DNA of 63,779 nucleotides, filler included, from Octopus bimaculoides (lineage: Eukaryota), in the NCBI RefSeq assembly GCF_001194135.2. It is 4 parts of 4 records of this genome, joined end to end, with 100 filler letters (N's around TTAATTAATTAA, not from the genome) between each part and the next. Parts side by side here need not be neighbours in the genome. Positions count along the whole stretch, not along the records: positions 1 to 25,586 come from NC_068990.1; positions 25,687 to 42,155 come from NC_069003.1; 2 more parts are not named here. One strand, 5' to 3'. Both the position numbers and the translations under genes were made by a program. The notes beneath the pieces were generated by a model. It ran no database searches. It was not told where the DNA came from and saw only the letters and a program-made list of their open reading frames with translations. The first letter of the stretch is position 1. Every line of letters starts with the position of its first letter. Shown in pieces: positions 13,017 to 27,213 of this stretch.

Positions 13017-16000
13017 TTAAAGAAATAGGATTCTTTATCATCTTTGTCTGTTCTTCCTCTCCTTTGTCCCTTTTCAACCACACATACTGTCCATAATTTA
13101 TCTCACAATGTAGAATAGCCTTGAACATCCCTACACACTGCATCTTATCACTCTTATTATGTCCCTCTCCCTCTCAATAATCTCTGACATTAATCCCTTC
13201 CCCTGGTTCCATGCTGTTCTCCCTTCCAATATCATTTACTTTGTTACTCTTTCCACTACCATGCTCTCATAAATATAAAGTTGTTCTTCTCATCTTACTT
13301 TTATTGTCCCTCATCTGCCCCATCAAGATCATTATGCTTTCTCTCCCTCTGATATTCTCCCTCAGTTCCAGTAACAACCACTTTAATTCCGTTAGTTTTC
13401 CTAGCTGCAAGGTGACCTAATGCCGGTGTCACGGAAAAACCCACCTAACACACTCTGATCTGTAAAATGATTGGTACTAGGAAGGGCATCAAACCAAAGT
13501 AACTCTCCCAAAGCAGGTGTTGTAGCATTAGTAATTCTCTGATTTAACAGATCTTGCATGAGAGACAGACACTAAATGATGGTGATGATGAGATAATGGG
13601 TGTGAAGTCATAACTACTTTTAAACAATAGAGAACCCAATCAAAAATGCTTTCTAATAACTTTATTCACACACACACACACATACAAATAAATTGTAGCC
13701 TCTATTAAAGACATCAATGTGTCACAATTAAGATGCTATGAAAGGGATTAATTATTGTAACAGTTCAGTTCAGTGGTGGTGTGGTGGTGGGCTATTCTCA
13801 GCTCTTAAGGAATAAATGATGGCAAATCTTTTGCCTAAGTATGTAGAGTTGAAATTAGTGATGAGTTACACAGTTGTATACAGAAAACTCATGGCTAATA
13901 CAGACACCCAATTCCATAAACCTTAAGAGCCAACTTAGTATATACATTTAGCCATGTTATTTTTCTTATTTTTACTCATGAGTAGAATGAAATGACCAAA
14001 GTGCAGGGCCCTGCTTGGATACAATATGTCATGTATGGTAAGTGAAGTGAGATACAGCTGTTTAGCTGAAGATCTGATATATAAAATATCTGAGCATCCA
14101 TTGCACTCCTCAATCTTTTTCTTCTTCTCCTCTTTGTTCACCCTCTGTAGGACATTGTAAGATACTACAGTTAAAAGTTGTGTTAAAATACTAAACCATT
14201 AAATCACAAATGCCTTCTGTCTTTGATGAATAATTATGTTTGCATTCTGAAAATCAATGTTTACAGAAAAAAAAGTGTTTCATATATATATATATATATA
14301 TATATAGCAACGTGAAATGTGTAATTACTGGTACCAAAGAGAAGTGGAGAAGCAGATGCTATTTCTGCAAGTAATCTCCCTTACATTTTATTCTGTCAAC
14401 CTTCCCCTCGTCCCCCCTCCCCGACCAGATGAAAATACACATTCCAATACATAGCACAATCTGTCATACAATTTCATAATATCAGTCTCCTCCACAGAAA
14501 TAGAACTCATTCACTTTTTTTTAGCTCATTACTTCATTTCGACCAACACACTTGAATTAATCACACATACACACATGGCTGAAATCAAATAGGAAATAAA
14601 AAATATAATAGAAGCAGTTTGTATGGAATTATTTATATAATTATAAAATTAATTTTTTTAAAACAAGTGAAAAAAAAATAGAATTTCCATAAAGAAAAAA
14701 CATATGAGGATGATGACAAATAATAATAATAATAATAATAACATTAGTAATAATAATCAGTTTCATTTCAATAGTAATAATGATTATAATAATAATGATT
14801 ATAAGTTTTCAAATCTCTATATTCATTAAATTGAAATATTACACAAGTTATTTTTTTAAATTTTAAAAGAACTGAAAAACAGTCAATAATTTCTAAACAT
14901 TATGTAAATTAAATGGAAAATTAGCATATTCCTGTTATTTCTTTTTTAATAAGGAGACACATTTGAATTAATAGAGAAAAATATTTTTAAGAATACAAAA
15001 TTAAATCAATGGAAAAAAAACTGAAAAGGTAAACATTTTTATATATGCCTCGGTACACATTTCATTATATACCCGGGTAAAAACTGAAATATTGGCAAGA
15101 AATAAAGAAAATACAAAAAATAAAAACTCCCCAAACAAATGAGTTAAAAAAAATTTAATTGCTGCATATGTTTACAGACACACATGCACACATACACATT
15201 GCATATATATGAATACATTGATATACATATATGTGGAATTATGTATATAAACGTCTGTATCAACATACATGTATATAAATATATGAGTATGCATACATGT
15301 GATTAATTGCATGTATATTAATGTATGTATATATATATACATAAATGTATAAATGTGTGTTAATGTATATATTGATGTATATATATGTATATTTATATAT
15401 AAGTATGATCATATAATTTACATATTCATATATATATATGTAAATACTCATCCATGCATATATATATATACACACACATAAATATATGTATTTGTAAATA
15501 TATATGTATATATACACATACATACATATATGAATATATATGTAAATATATAAGTGAGCACATATGTGTGTGCGTGTATATATATATATCCCATTCATAA
15601 TTATGAATATGTAAAATTCATTCTTTCCCTATTTCCTTAACACCCCTACTCTTTCATTCTTCTCCATCTATCTTCATCCATGTCATGTACCCAGCTAAAG
15701 CAGCATCAGCAAGTTGATCCATACAATGATACAATAACTTTCGCCATCACTTCCAGGTTTAAATTGTAAAAGAAAGAAGGAATATATGATTAACACTATC
15801 TGTCTGCCCACCCCGCCACACCCAAATAACAATCCAGTGTATTTGTCTATCTCTTTCAAATTTTTGGCTATCACACAAACTGAGAAAATGAAATAACGGG
15901 GCAAGGTCGATAGGATGTGTCAATAAGACAGTAGTGGTGTGAGAGAAGAGAAATGGGGAAAATTAGAAAGAAATATAAAGGCTAATGAAATATTAAAAAA

Positions 16001-16289
16001 AAAAAAGATGTACAGTGCTTGGACACCAGTTAGTTAATGGACAAACCTTTTGCACGGACAGCATAGGATTGTTGTCTGTCTTATACACAGTCTATGCATG
16101 TGAGTGCGTGTCTGTGTATGTGAACATGTGTGTGGATTTGTCTGGCTATTTTTTTTATGTACATAGAAATTGCTGTTTGTATATTTAGAGATATGATTAT
16201 TAATGTAAATATACATATATGACAATGTGTGTATACATACACATGTGTGAGTGTATATGTCAGTCTATATATATTTGCATATATTTGTT

Positions 16290-16322
<33 letters not shown>

Positions 16323-16371
16323 ATGTGTAAATATATACATATGTATGCATATGTCTATACATAGAAATATC

Positions 16372-16433
<62 letters not shown>

Positions 16434-17181
16434 CATATAAGCATTTAAGCACATTCCTATGCCCACACACTCACAAAACTACATATACATAAATATTCTT
16501 ACATATATATACACACACAAATAAGGTGTGTATATAATTTACCCATATTTGTATTTCTCAATTACCAGCTCTATTATAATCTTACCAAATAATTCATTTC
16601 TTCGTAAACAGTCAGGTATATATTGCGTGTGCGTTTGAATATGCCAAAATATATACGGACATATACATGCATCTATATTTTATGATTGCTAATATACACA
16701 CACAGATATGCATGTGTGTGTCTGTCAATGTATATATGAAAATTTAGTTCTCCCATGTTCTCACTCTTCTTACCTTATGTGTGTGTATATACATATACAC
16801 ATATACATATTTGTATACATGCATACAAACATATCTTTATATACATATGTATATATGCAAACACATGAATACACATATACACACATGCATGTGTATTTAT
16901 ATATATATATATATATACACACACACATGCTCAAGCGATTCACACATTATGGAAAAGCCATGTGCCTGAAAACGTTACCATAATGTGGAATTCTGTAATA
17001 TGAAAGTCAATGGGAGACAAGATTAACATTATGAAATTTTGTTTTAATATTTTCAGGAATGCAATTGCTTCCATAATGTGGATAATACATACACACACAT
17101 ATATTTATATATAATATACATAAATATACATATGTATATATCCATAAATGTGTACAAAAGTTTATATTTCTACACACACCC

Positions 17182-17240
<59 letters not shown>

Positions 17241-17895
17241 CACGACGACTCTCTAAACCAACAATGTCATTAGTGTTTCTGCTATAATAATAAATCAAGT
17301 AGAATCCATTTAATAACTTGGCTACTGTTCATTTATATGATCCATTATATAGAATATGTTTGTGTGTGTGTGTGTGTGTACGTGCATGCACACACAATTC
17401 GTTTTGCTTTGTGTAGGTCATGTGTGTGTGATTCAACTGAATACTTATACTCTACATCATGTATTGAGTATTTTTCCTCCCATCTGTTGCTATAAACATG
17501 TGTAAGTGTGTGTGTGTGTGTGTGTATGTATATATATATATATGTACCCACACATACATATATGTGTATGTATGCAATGTGTGTGTGCATGCGTTTAGCC
17601 GCTTAATTCTTTAAGTGCAAACATATGTGGTGGGGGTAGATATAGTGAGTCATTATTTGTAGAGTTAAAATAATAGTGATGTGTATGGGTTAACAATATG
17701 TTTACATATGTGTTATTATATGTAAGAAGTTAGTGTAATGATTTTAATAATATAAATGGCATGACAGGAAAAAAAAATAACATAGTGTTTGTCTGTGTAG
17801 GATAACAATACATGTAAATGTAGTCTTATGCATGTGTGTGTGTATGTGAGTGTGTGTGTGTATTAATGCAGACACACAGTTCATGTATGTGTGTG

Positions 17896-17934
<39 letters not shown>

Positions 17935-19389
17935 TCACTCATACAAGTATATTTAAACGTTACATATGTATATAATATACACATAAACATATATACACAT
18001 GTGTACATTTACATAAGTGTTATGTATGTATATATACACACATACATGCACACACACACACACACACATGCATACACACTGATGCATAAAAAAATGCATT
18101 TCTATTGATTGATATTATTTTTGTTCAGAAATGGATATTTGGACAACTCCAGGTGAGTGTTTATTTCGTTTGTCTTTGATTCTTCCATTTCTTATATTAA
18201 TTATGGCCACATGTCTTTATTAATTTTGCAGTCAATGTATGTATATATATATATACGCATATATATATATATGTATTTTTTTTTTTTTTTTCCGTATTTG
18301 TCCATATTCTCTTTTCATTTTGGCAAGCTCTCACGTTTGGGTGTGGGTTTCAGATTCAGATGATTTTCTCAACATTTCTGAAGTCCCAAATTTTCACGGA
18401 GCTGGTATATTCTACCAAAGAACAAACCATTCGATGCCAAAGACATGTGGTTAGGTTCTATTCACCCTTGACATAATCCTTATTCTTTTTTTAGAAGAAC
18501 ATCAATGATTTTCATCTCATCCACAAGAATACAATATGTTTTGTAGTTCTTTGGAAATCTTTTAACCAGGAAATATTGATTTCGTACAAATATCGAATCA
18601 TGCAAGCGTTCTTGTATAATTTTTGTTTCATTTCTTTTGCTTGACTTTCTCTATGTAAATCTTTTTAATAAAAAAAATTGGTTCGTCTTCGTTGTGCTCT
18701 TCTTCACAGGATCGTTTCTGGAAGAACCCATTTTATTTCTGTCAATATATTCTTTTGAATATTCCATAGTTAACTTCATTCTACAACAATCTTGTCACAT
18801 ATATATTTTGGATAAAATAAACTTCAATCCATTAAAAAAAAAAAAATCTATACCAAATTCAGCCACTTTTATCTTAGAGACCATTTCTAGTTTTTTATTT
18901 TTTTATTTATTATTTTTTTTTTTTTGAGAAACTCTCATCTCAGTCTTTCTTTAGAGAATTTTCTTGTTTTTAATTTTTATCTGTTTAACCAACTTTAGAG
19001 TGTAATGTCTACTCTCATTTTTTTTTATTTCAATTATAACCGCAAAATAATCTTCAATTCCTTGTTCAACTTTGTATCATAACAAAGCAGCCATTGCAAA
19101 ACTGTTCAGAATATGATTAAGACAAAGAATATTAGTAATATGATTATGTGACTTAATCTTTTTGCCAGGCCCAAAACATTGCTCACAACAAACCTTCAAT
19201 GATGTTTTGTGTGAGCAGCTTTTCTAACTCCTTCTTGGTAGACATGGTATGTGAAGGTACATTTCTTTATCTACATGTGTTTAGTTTCTACACCATTCTA
19301 AGCATGGATTTTTGTTTTAAATAATTTTTCCTGTTTCCATTCCATAATATGTGGCATCTCTCTGTGATAATTTCCAATCCAGATCTGGC

Positions 19390-19664
19390 TTAATAATTCA
19401 AAGGACCCTCTTCGATGGGCTTCCATAGCTTTTGCAAAGCTGGATGGGAGCTTTGTTTGCATAAGGGCCTATCTTCAGGGCTCCATTGGCCATCAACGCA
19501 GGTGGCACCAGTTGGACCAAGTAATTCATAGCCACGTTCACATTCATACATTAACCGGTCACCGTGTCGTATAGTAACAATATATGGTTTAAACACAAAA
19601 TTTCCTAAATGTCCTTTTTTATATATTTTACCATTTGCCAATGATCCTGGATTAGGACAGAATA
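19390..19664 (-). CDS. Last coding exon: C-terminal CCP/Sushi module plus tail of a LEV-9/Hig/Hasp-like protein
   Basis: (I)FCPNPGSLANGKIYKKGHLGNFVFKPYIVTIRHGDRLMYECERGYELLGPTGATCVDGQWSPEDRPLCKQSSHP...NY*; 4-Cys CCP pattern; acceptor tattttgcag; phase 1. Confidence 0.9.
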
Positions 19665-19879
19665 CTGCAAAATAAAAATAAAATAAAATCAATTAGCAAG
19701 GAATTACAAAAAGTTAAACAGATCAAATTAAATATTAAAATATTTCACCTTCAATAATTTTGAGTCATTACCTCAAAACAATAAACTGAAACTGTGAGCA
19801 ACTAGAGCACAAACCTATAAACTTCAGCTAGCACTCTGTATGTGTGAATTAAACTTACACCAATCAAAGCCATATAAGT

Positions 19880-20160
19880 GGATCTGGCAAACGGAAACTA
19901 AAAGAAGCCCATAGTGTGTATATATATATATATATATTTATGTGTGTGTGTGTGTGCCTTTGTGTCTGTGTTTGCCCTCCCATCACCACTTGCCAACTGA
20001 TGTTGGTGTGTTTACATCCCCGTAACATAGAAATGCAGCAAAAGAGACTGATAAAATAAGTACTAGGCTTAAAAATAAGCATTGAGGTCGAATTGTTCAA
20101 AAAAACATTTCAAGGTGATGCTCCAGCATGGCTGCAGTCAAATGACTGAAACAAGTAAAC
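19880..20160 (+). mobile_element. SINE family A copy (middle and 3' part)
   Basis: ggaaactaaaagaagccc-(TA/TG)n-...aaataagtactaggctt...ccagcatggctgcagtcaaatgactgaaacaagt. Confidence 0.8.
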
Positions 20161-22874
20161 AATTTTTTTTTTTTTCAATGGTGTGTAAATTAGCTGCAGG
20201 CACCTCTGTGTTAAGAAGCTTGCTTCTCAAACATAAGGTTTGAAGCTCAACCCCACAGTATAACTTCTTGAACAAATGTCAAACTAAATAGCTAGACTCA
20301 GGCCAATAAATATTGGAGGGGAATCTGGTAGATGTAGATTTTAAGATGGAGGGAGAGGAATGGGAAGAACAAGACAGCAAGGGAGGGAATGAGGGAACGA
20401 GAGAGAAGAAAGTGAGACAAAAAAGGAAGACTGTGAGAGAAGGAGGAATGAGTGAAAGGGAGAGAAATAGAGGAGTGAGCAAGTGAAGGTGAGTAGGTGT
20501 ATGAAAGAGGAACAAACAGGAAAGCTAGAGAGTGATAGTGCGAGAGAGTAATAGGATGAGAATGAGTGAGAGATAGAATGAATAGAAGAGAGCAGAAGAG
20601 ACAATGTGTTTATATGTGCTTGAATGTGTATGCATGCTCATATGCACATGAGTATATAGGTGCATGCTTATATGTGCACTCTCACAGACTTGCATGCATA
20701 CAGTCAGTTCACATACACATACAGTCAGACTTGCATGCACTCTAATGTGTGTGCACACCCGTCATCTCCCAAGTGAAAGTATGTCACACTCTCTCACTTA
20801 GAGTGTGAGAAAGTGAGTGCACACGGGAGAGAAAAGGAGAGGGTGCATACCCAAGAGAATGTGAGTGAGTGAATGCTTGAAAGTGTCGTGAGCATACATA
20901 TGTATGTGAGCACATGTATATGTACGCTTGTATGTGCATGCATTAGAATGTGAGTGCATATATGTTTGTATGTGCACATTTGTGTAGTTATGCATATGTA
21001 TATACCACTGCTTCAATTGCTTCAGCTTTGAAAAGAAATTATTCATTATATTCCACACTTAACAGAATCAGTTTAATAAAGTACCAGATTTTATTTGATG
21101 TGATAATGTTCCACAGAAGAAATATTTATTTTGCCATAAGTTAAATGGTAAGTTATTTGTGGCATGATCTTACAGCAAGATGTTCTTCCTGTCACCAACA
21201 TTTTTTCAAGTACAAGTTTATATATATATATTCCAGTAAGATTTAAAAGTACAGACAGAGCTATTGAATGTCAATGATTTGACAGGAAATGCCAACAAGT
21301 GCCAACATTTGTAGTTCTGTACAGACTGCAAACTCCACACTGATGCACACAAACATACATACATAGATGCATGCACACACACACACACATTGGTATATTA
21401 ATACGGATTGTAAACTTTAGAGAAGCAGTGAAACATGCACAGATGTACACACACATAGATGCAAACAAATACATAAATATGCATACAAACATACATATAT
21501 GTTTAGTAATTCTCAAAGTTGTTTTTTTTTTTTACACAAACAGTCTTTGACATCACAAAATACAGTATAAGTTACATATATCTCCAAAGGGTTAAATGCA
21601 TAAAAACAGTCATTTACATTTTTTTGTTTACTAACATTACTTTTTTTAGATTTGATGTCAAGCTGGCAGAATTGTTAGCATGCCAGAGAGAAATGCTTAG
21701 CCTCATTTCCCTTATCATTACATTCTGAGTTCAAATCCTGCTGAGGTCAACAATACCTTTCATCTTTTTGAGTCAAGTACAGGGATTGATGTAATAGACT
21801 AGCCCCCAACCACAAAATTTCAGGTGCTGCCCTTTAGTAGAAAGGCTTATTACCTTTTAAGATTATTTTTGTGTGGACATGGCTGTGTTTAAGAGATTTG
21901 CTTCATAATCATATGGTTCCAAGTACAGGCATACTGCTTGGCACCTTAGCAAGTGTCTTTGAGGTGAGTAACACCTGATTTCAGTAAGGTACATGGAAAC
22001 TCTGATAACTTCCCTTCTACTTAAACCAACTCAAACTATATTTCCTTGTAAGCAGTAAATCTCCATCAAATATTCCCCTCTAAGAAAATGATAAGATTTG
22101 TATTTATTCTACTTGTGATGCAATTCTAAATCAGCGAATAATTTTTACACACTCACTCACACACACACACACATACATACATATACAAATATATATGTAC
22201 TTCAGGCTAACAATTTTGAAAGCTACGTAAGTACATGGCATTGATAAGCAGTGAGATATTGGTATCAGCTGCTCACATCCACCTCCAGGTGTGGTATTCG
22301 GTATTATTTTACACTATATGTCTTTGAAGTGATGTTTTCCAAATGATATGTGATACTGATAATGTTTTACGCAATTGAGCTGCAACAATAACTACAACAA
22401 CAACAGTGAAATTCTGTTTTCCATGCTGGTATGCGTTGGACAGCTTCACAGGAGCTAGCAGGGCCAGCCAAGAGGCATACAATGCTCCATTGTCTGTTTT
22501 GGCTTGGTTTCTACAACTGGATGCACTTCTGAACACCAACCACCTGAAAAAGTGAACTGGGTGTTTTGTATGTGACTTTAGTACCCACATCAATGCTTTT
22601 TACATAATTTCATATATATAAAAATGCTTTAACATTCACTATTCCAAAGTTGCACAAATTAGACAGAGTTCCTTGAGGCAAATTTTCTATAGTAGGATGC
22701 CTTGCTCATAGCCAACTCAGTAGTTTCATAGCAGGATAGTATTTGCCATAGACATGTTTTAAGAGGATATTAAAAATGGGCATCTCTTGATTTACAGTGG
22801 CACTTGTTTACAACCATCATGTGCTATCAAGACAAAAAGACATTAATAGATATATATTAACACACACACACACA

Positions 22875-23210
22875 TGATGGGCTTCTTTCAGTTTCCATGC
22901 TCCAAATCAACTCATGGGACTTTGGTTGTCCTGGGGCTGTAGTACACGGCACTTATGCAAAGTACCATGAAGTGGGACAGAACCCAAACCATGTGGTTGG
23001 GAAGCAAACTTCTTAACCACATGCCTGTGCTTATATATGATGAGGTCGATTTGTGGCACTCATAGATATGCATACAACAGGCTTCTTCACAGTTTCCATT
23101 TCACTGACAAATCTTTGGTTGATCTGAGGTTTCATTAAAGACATTTGCTTGAAATGTCAACTCTGGCTCTGAATTTCAAGCCATGTGGTTGTGAAGCAAA
23201 CTTATTTACA
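22875..23210 (-). mobile_element. Two diverged SINE family A 5' halves
   Basis: ctttcagtttcc...aaaccatgtggttgggaagcaaacttctt is the reverse complement of the family A head at 26797. Confidence 0.75.
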
Positions 23211-23288
23211 ACACACACACACACGTATACATGAATGTGTGTGCGTGAGAGAGAGAGAGGGGAAGTGAGATGAGAAAAGGATACTTAC

Positions 23289-23462
23289 TTTCTTCACAGT
23301 ACGGTCTAGAACCTTTCCACCGCCCATATTGGCATGTCATGTATTTGTCTCCACGAAGACGGAAACCTTGAAGACACATATATTTTGCTCGATCTCCATG
23401 TTTCCACCCGATGTAAACTCGCCGACCATTGTCAATATTTGGTGGAGACGCAGAGCATGGAG
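23289..23462 (-). CDS. CCP/Sushi-domain exon (phase 1-1)
   Basis: (A)PCSASPPNIDNGRRVYIGWKHGDRAKYMCLQGFRLRGDKYMTCQYGRWKGSRPYCEE; acceptor tatttcag, donor A|gtaagt; 174 nt; splices in frame to 19664. Confidence 0.92.
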
Positions 23463-23645
23463 CTGAAATAGTAAAGTGAGAAAAATTGGTGAATGAACTG
23501 TAACAATTATTTATTGCTGTTATATGAGAGGAGTGTTGGAAAAAATTGTATTGGTAAGAAAACAATGCATCTCATGCACAGGGTTCTAGAGGTGTGAGTA
23601 TAGTCAATAAGGCCCTTATGAAGTTGGATACTATATATATCATAC

Positions 23646-23713
23646 CTGCTGGTTCCCTTCCTTCAATTTGGACCATATTACCTGGTAAGCAGTTTTTCTT
23701 GCTGTTACATCTG
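23646..23713 (-). CDS. Small Cys-containing linker exon (RCNSKKNCLPGNMVQIEGREPA), absent from the ORF track
   Basis: Acceptor aatacag (NAGNAG), donor CAG|gtatga; 68 nt, phase 2 to phase 1; 183-nt GT-AG intron to the CCP exon. Confidence 0.6.
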
Positions 23714-24155
23714 CTGTATTGATAAGATTTTTACCTACTCAACATTGTGAGCTTAAACCAACAAAGTAACCTTCAAGCAGTCAATCAACATGCTAGCAAT
23801 AATAGCAAAATTCCTCTTAAAACATAGGGCATTAAGAAAATATTCCAAACAAGGAAAAGTTCACGATTATAGGGAATACCCATTTTCAGTAGATTAGGGT
23901 TTATTTATCTGTATAGTTGGGTTAGCTTGACAATTCTTCAGGAATTATTAATACAGCAACACAATAAGAAACTGAGAGCATGTTTTTTGGACAAAAGCAT
24001 ATTTTTATGTTTAAAACATATACAGTCACATTCATGGATACCAATGTCTAATCTAATCTAATATCTATAATATTGAAGTACTCTGTGTGTGTATGTATAT
24101 ATATATATAATATATATATGTATATATATATATATGTATATATATATATCATATA

Positions 24156-24201
<46 letters not shown>

Positions 24202-24743
24202 TATATATATATATATATTTTTTTTATATAGTTTCAGCTTAGAGCTGCGGCCATGCTGATGCACCACCATGTTGCTACACTGTTATTACAGGGAGCCTCT
24301 TACAATATGTGGCACTTCNNNNNNNNNNNNNNNNNNNNNNNNNNNNNNNNNNNNNNNNNNNNNNNNNNNNNNNNNNNNNNNNNNNNNNNNNNNNNNNNNN
24401 NNNNNNNNNNNNNNNNNNNNNNNNNNNNNNNNNNNNNNNNNNNNNNNNNNNNNNNNNNNNNNNNNNNNNNNNNNNNNNNNNNNNNNNNNNNNNNNNNNNN
24501 NNNNNNNNNNNNNNNNNNNNNNNNNNNNNNNNNNNNNNNNNNNNNNNNNNNNNNNNNNNNNNNNNNNNNNNNNNNNNNNNNNNNNNNNNNNNNNNNNNNN
24601 NNNNNNNNNNNNNNNNNNNNNNNNNNNNNNNNNNNNNNNNNNNNNNNNNNNNNNNNNNNNNNNNNNNNNNNNNNNNNNNNNNNNNNNNNNNNNNNNNNNN
24701 NNNNNNNNNNNNNNNNNNNNNNNNNNNNNNNNNNNNNNNNNNN

Positions 24744-25586
24744 TCTTAGCTGTTTCAGCCTTTCCCAGTAGCTGAGCAGTTGCAAAGAGACAATCTTCTT
24801 TGTGAATCTCCGCTGGATTGCTTCAAGGTCTGCTGTTAATTTCAGACTGGTGGGTGACCACAGCTGTGAGCAGTAATCCAAGCGGCTGAGCACGAATGTC
24901 CTCCAGAGGATCATCATGGTTTCCTTATCTCTGGTTCTGAATGTTCTCAGGATCCATCCAGCCAATCGTCTGCACTTTGTTGCCATCCTGGTAATGTGCA
25001 CTTGGAAAGAGGTATCATCATTCATGTCGATACCCAGGTCTCTCACACATTTAGGCTCTGGGATTGAAATTCCCTGTGGACCAGTAGTTTTGGACGTTGG
25101 TAGCGCAGGGTTTGGAATTTTTCAGCATTAAACTGCATATTATTGTCCTCAGCCCATCTGTGAACTGAGTCCGATTCCTGCTGCAGGTGTGCAACATCAC
25201 TGGAGTTCTGTATTTTCTGCGAAACTTTTGTATCGTCTGCGTAGCTTGGAAGAGTGGCTATCCGGGCACTTGAAGGCATATCTGACAGTGCGACTATAAA
25301 AAGCAATGGTCCCAAGACAGTGCCCTGTGGAACACCACTNNNNNNNNNNCCCCTGAATCCCAAGCTGTTGCAGTAACTGGTCCTGAAGCACGATGGCATC
25401 GCTGGGATCTTTGGCACTATGCAGTGTCATCCCGTTCTGTAGCCTTCAATGCCAAAATTTGGCACAATTCCTTCCAGGATCTTCCAGATGTATATTACTG
25501 CATACCTCTCCTGCCTTCTCTCCAGGGTGTAGTCTTAGCTGTTTCAGCCTTTCCCAGTAGCTGAGCAGTTGCAAAGAGACAATCTT
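24744..25586 (-). mobile_element. CR1-clade LINE reverse transcriptase fragments (locally misordered)
   Basis: SGVPQGTVLGPLLF...YADDTK...; RDLGIDM...WILRTF..RDKETM..LSRLDYCSQLWSP...YWERLKQLR. Confidence 0.9.
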
Positions 25587-25686
25587 NNNNNNNNNNNNNN
25601 NNNNNNNNNNNNNNNNNNNNNNNNNNNNNNTTAATTAATTAANNNNNNNNNNNNNNNNNNNNNNNNNNNNNNNNNNNNNNNNNNNN
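25587..25686. other. Synthetic scaffold-join spacer: 44 N + TTAATTAATTAA + 44 N
   Basis: Identical 100-bp construct recurs at 42156-42255 and 59272-59371; the 12-mer has stops in all six frames. Confidence 0.95.
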
Positions 25687-26196
25687 GTGGGTTGCAAGCA
25701 TTGTGGGGGAAAAAAAGAAAGAAAACGGCGAAGAAGGGACTGAAGATGTTGGGTGAAGGAGTGAAGGTGAGGCATGGTGAGAGGATGTGAATGTCGGTGT
25801 GGGTGTTATTAGTGGCGAGACAAGGGAAGGACGAGAAAGGTAGAAGGAGAACAGATAAAGGTGAAACAAGTCGATATATATATATATATACAAATATATA
25901 AACATATATGTGTATATTGACACACACATATATACACACACTGTCAATTTTATTGATGCTGCCCTGGAAAATTCATTGAGGAAAATTCATTGAGTCGTGG
26001 TGAACTGAAAGTTACTGTCAATACAATTATAGCCAATATTTGACTCCACACGTAGACCGAGTCCTTCATTCAGTTAATGTTCATTGTTTGCATGCATATA
26101 AAAACACTTTTTTTTAAAAATCATTATGCATAACTATACATATACTTACATAGACATTACACACACTCATGCACTGACATATGCACACACCCATGT

Positions 26197-26228
<32 letters not shown>

Positions 26229-26499
26229 TTACATTATATCAGGTTTGAATGACTGTATCGAAGTCCATATTTGAAGCAAAACTGTAAACCGATAAGACGT
26301 CCAAACATGACTTTACATGCACACACACATGTATATATACATATGTATACATACATATGTTCATACATATGTATATTCATTTATACATACATCAATGTGT
26401 GTGTTTATACATACATATACATGCATATATATACATACTGTCCGGGAATGAATAGAGAAACTGCTTCTGTTTTTGTATACGTAAACACAAGGAATATTG

Positions 26500-26780
26500 G
26501 TTGAACATTCTCATTGAAACTACTAAGTGCAAACATTATAGGCTGGATATAGTTGTTGGAGAGAGACAAGAAACATTACACACTGTCATGGAGGTCAGCT
26601 GCCCTGTTTATGTGAATATCTCTTCAAAAACCAAAGTAAAAGAGGACCATTCAAGACAACTGCTTCAAAACCTCCAGCTTCTATATCTAAATAATAAATT
26701 CACGTTTATACCAGTAATAAGTGGTGCATTTGGTTTTTGGTGTTAATTTTAAGTGACAATCTGGATTAGCAGAGGTTTTC
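26500..26780 (+). mobile_element. Degenerate RLE-type non-LTR retrotransposon endonuclease fragment
   Basis: KHYRLDIVVG...MEVSCPVYVNISSKTKVKE...LQLLY..KFTFIPVISGAFG, a degenerate RPD..D/E..K..Y-type motif. Confidence 0.65.
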
Positions 26781-26796
26781 AGAAAAAGAAATCGAC

Positions 26797-26959
26797 CGTG
26801 GCTGTGTGGTAAGTAGCTTGCTTACCAACCACATGGTTCTGGGTTCAGTCCCACTGCGTGGCACCTTGGGCAAGTGTCTTCTACAATAGCCTCTGGCCGA
26901 CCAAATCCTTGTGAGTGAATTTGGTAGACGGAAACTGAAAGAAGCCCGTCGTATATATG

Positions 26960-27004
<45 letters not shown>

Positions 27005-27213
27005 TTGTGTGTCTGTGTTTGTCACTCCAGCTTCGCTTGACAACCGATGCTGGTGTTTTTATGACCCCCGTAACTTAGCGGTCCAGCAAAAGAGACCGAT
27101 AGAATAAGTACTAGGCTTACAAAGAATAAGTCCTGGGGTCGATTTGTTCGACTAAAGGCGGTGCTCCAGCATGGCCACAGTCAAATGACTGAAACAAGTA
27201 AAAGAGTAAAAGA
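26797..27213 (+). mobile_element. Full-length tRNA-derived SINE family A
   Basis: tRNA-like head gtggctgtgtggtaagtagcttgc...ggttctgggttcagtccc, internal (TA)(TG)n, 3' tail gaaacaagtaaaagagtaaaagag. Confidence 0.9.

Noticed and set aside
25631-25642. TTAATTAATTAA as a biological palindrome or repeat
   Set aside because: Always centred in exactly 44+44 Ns; it is a scaffolding spacer
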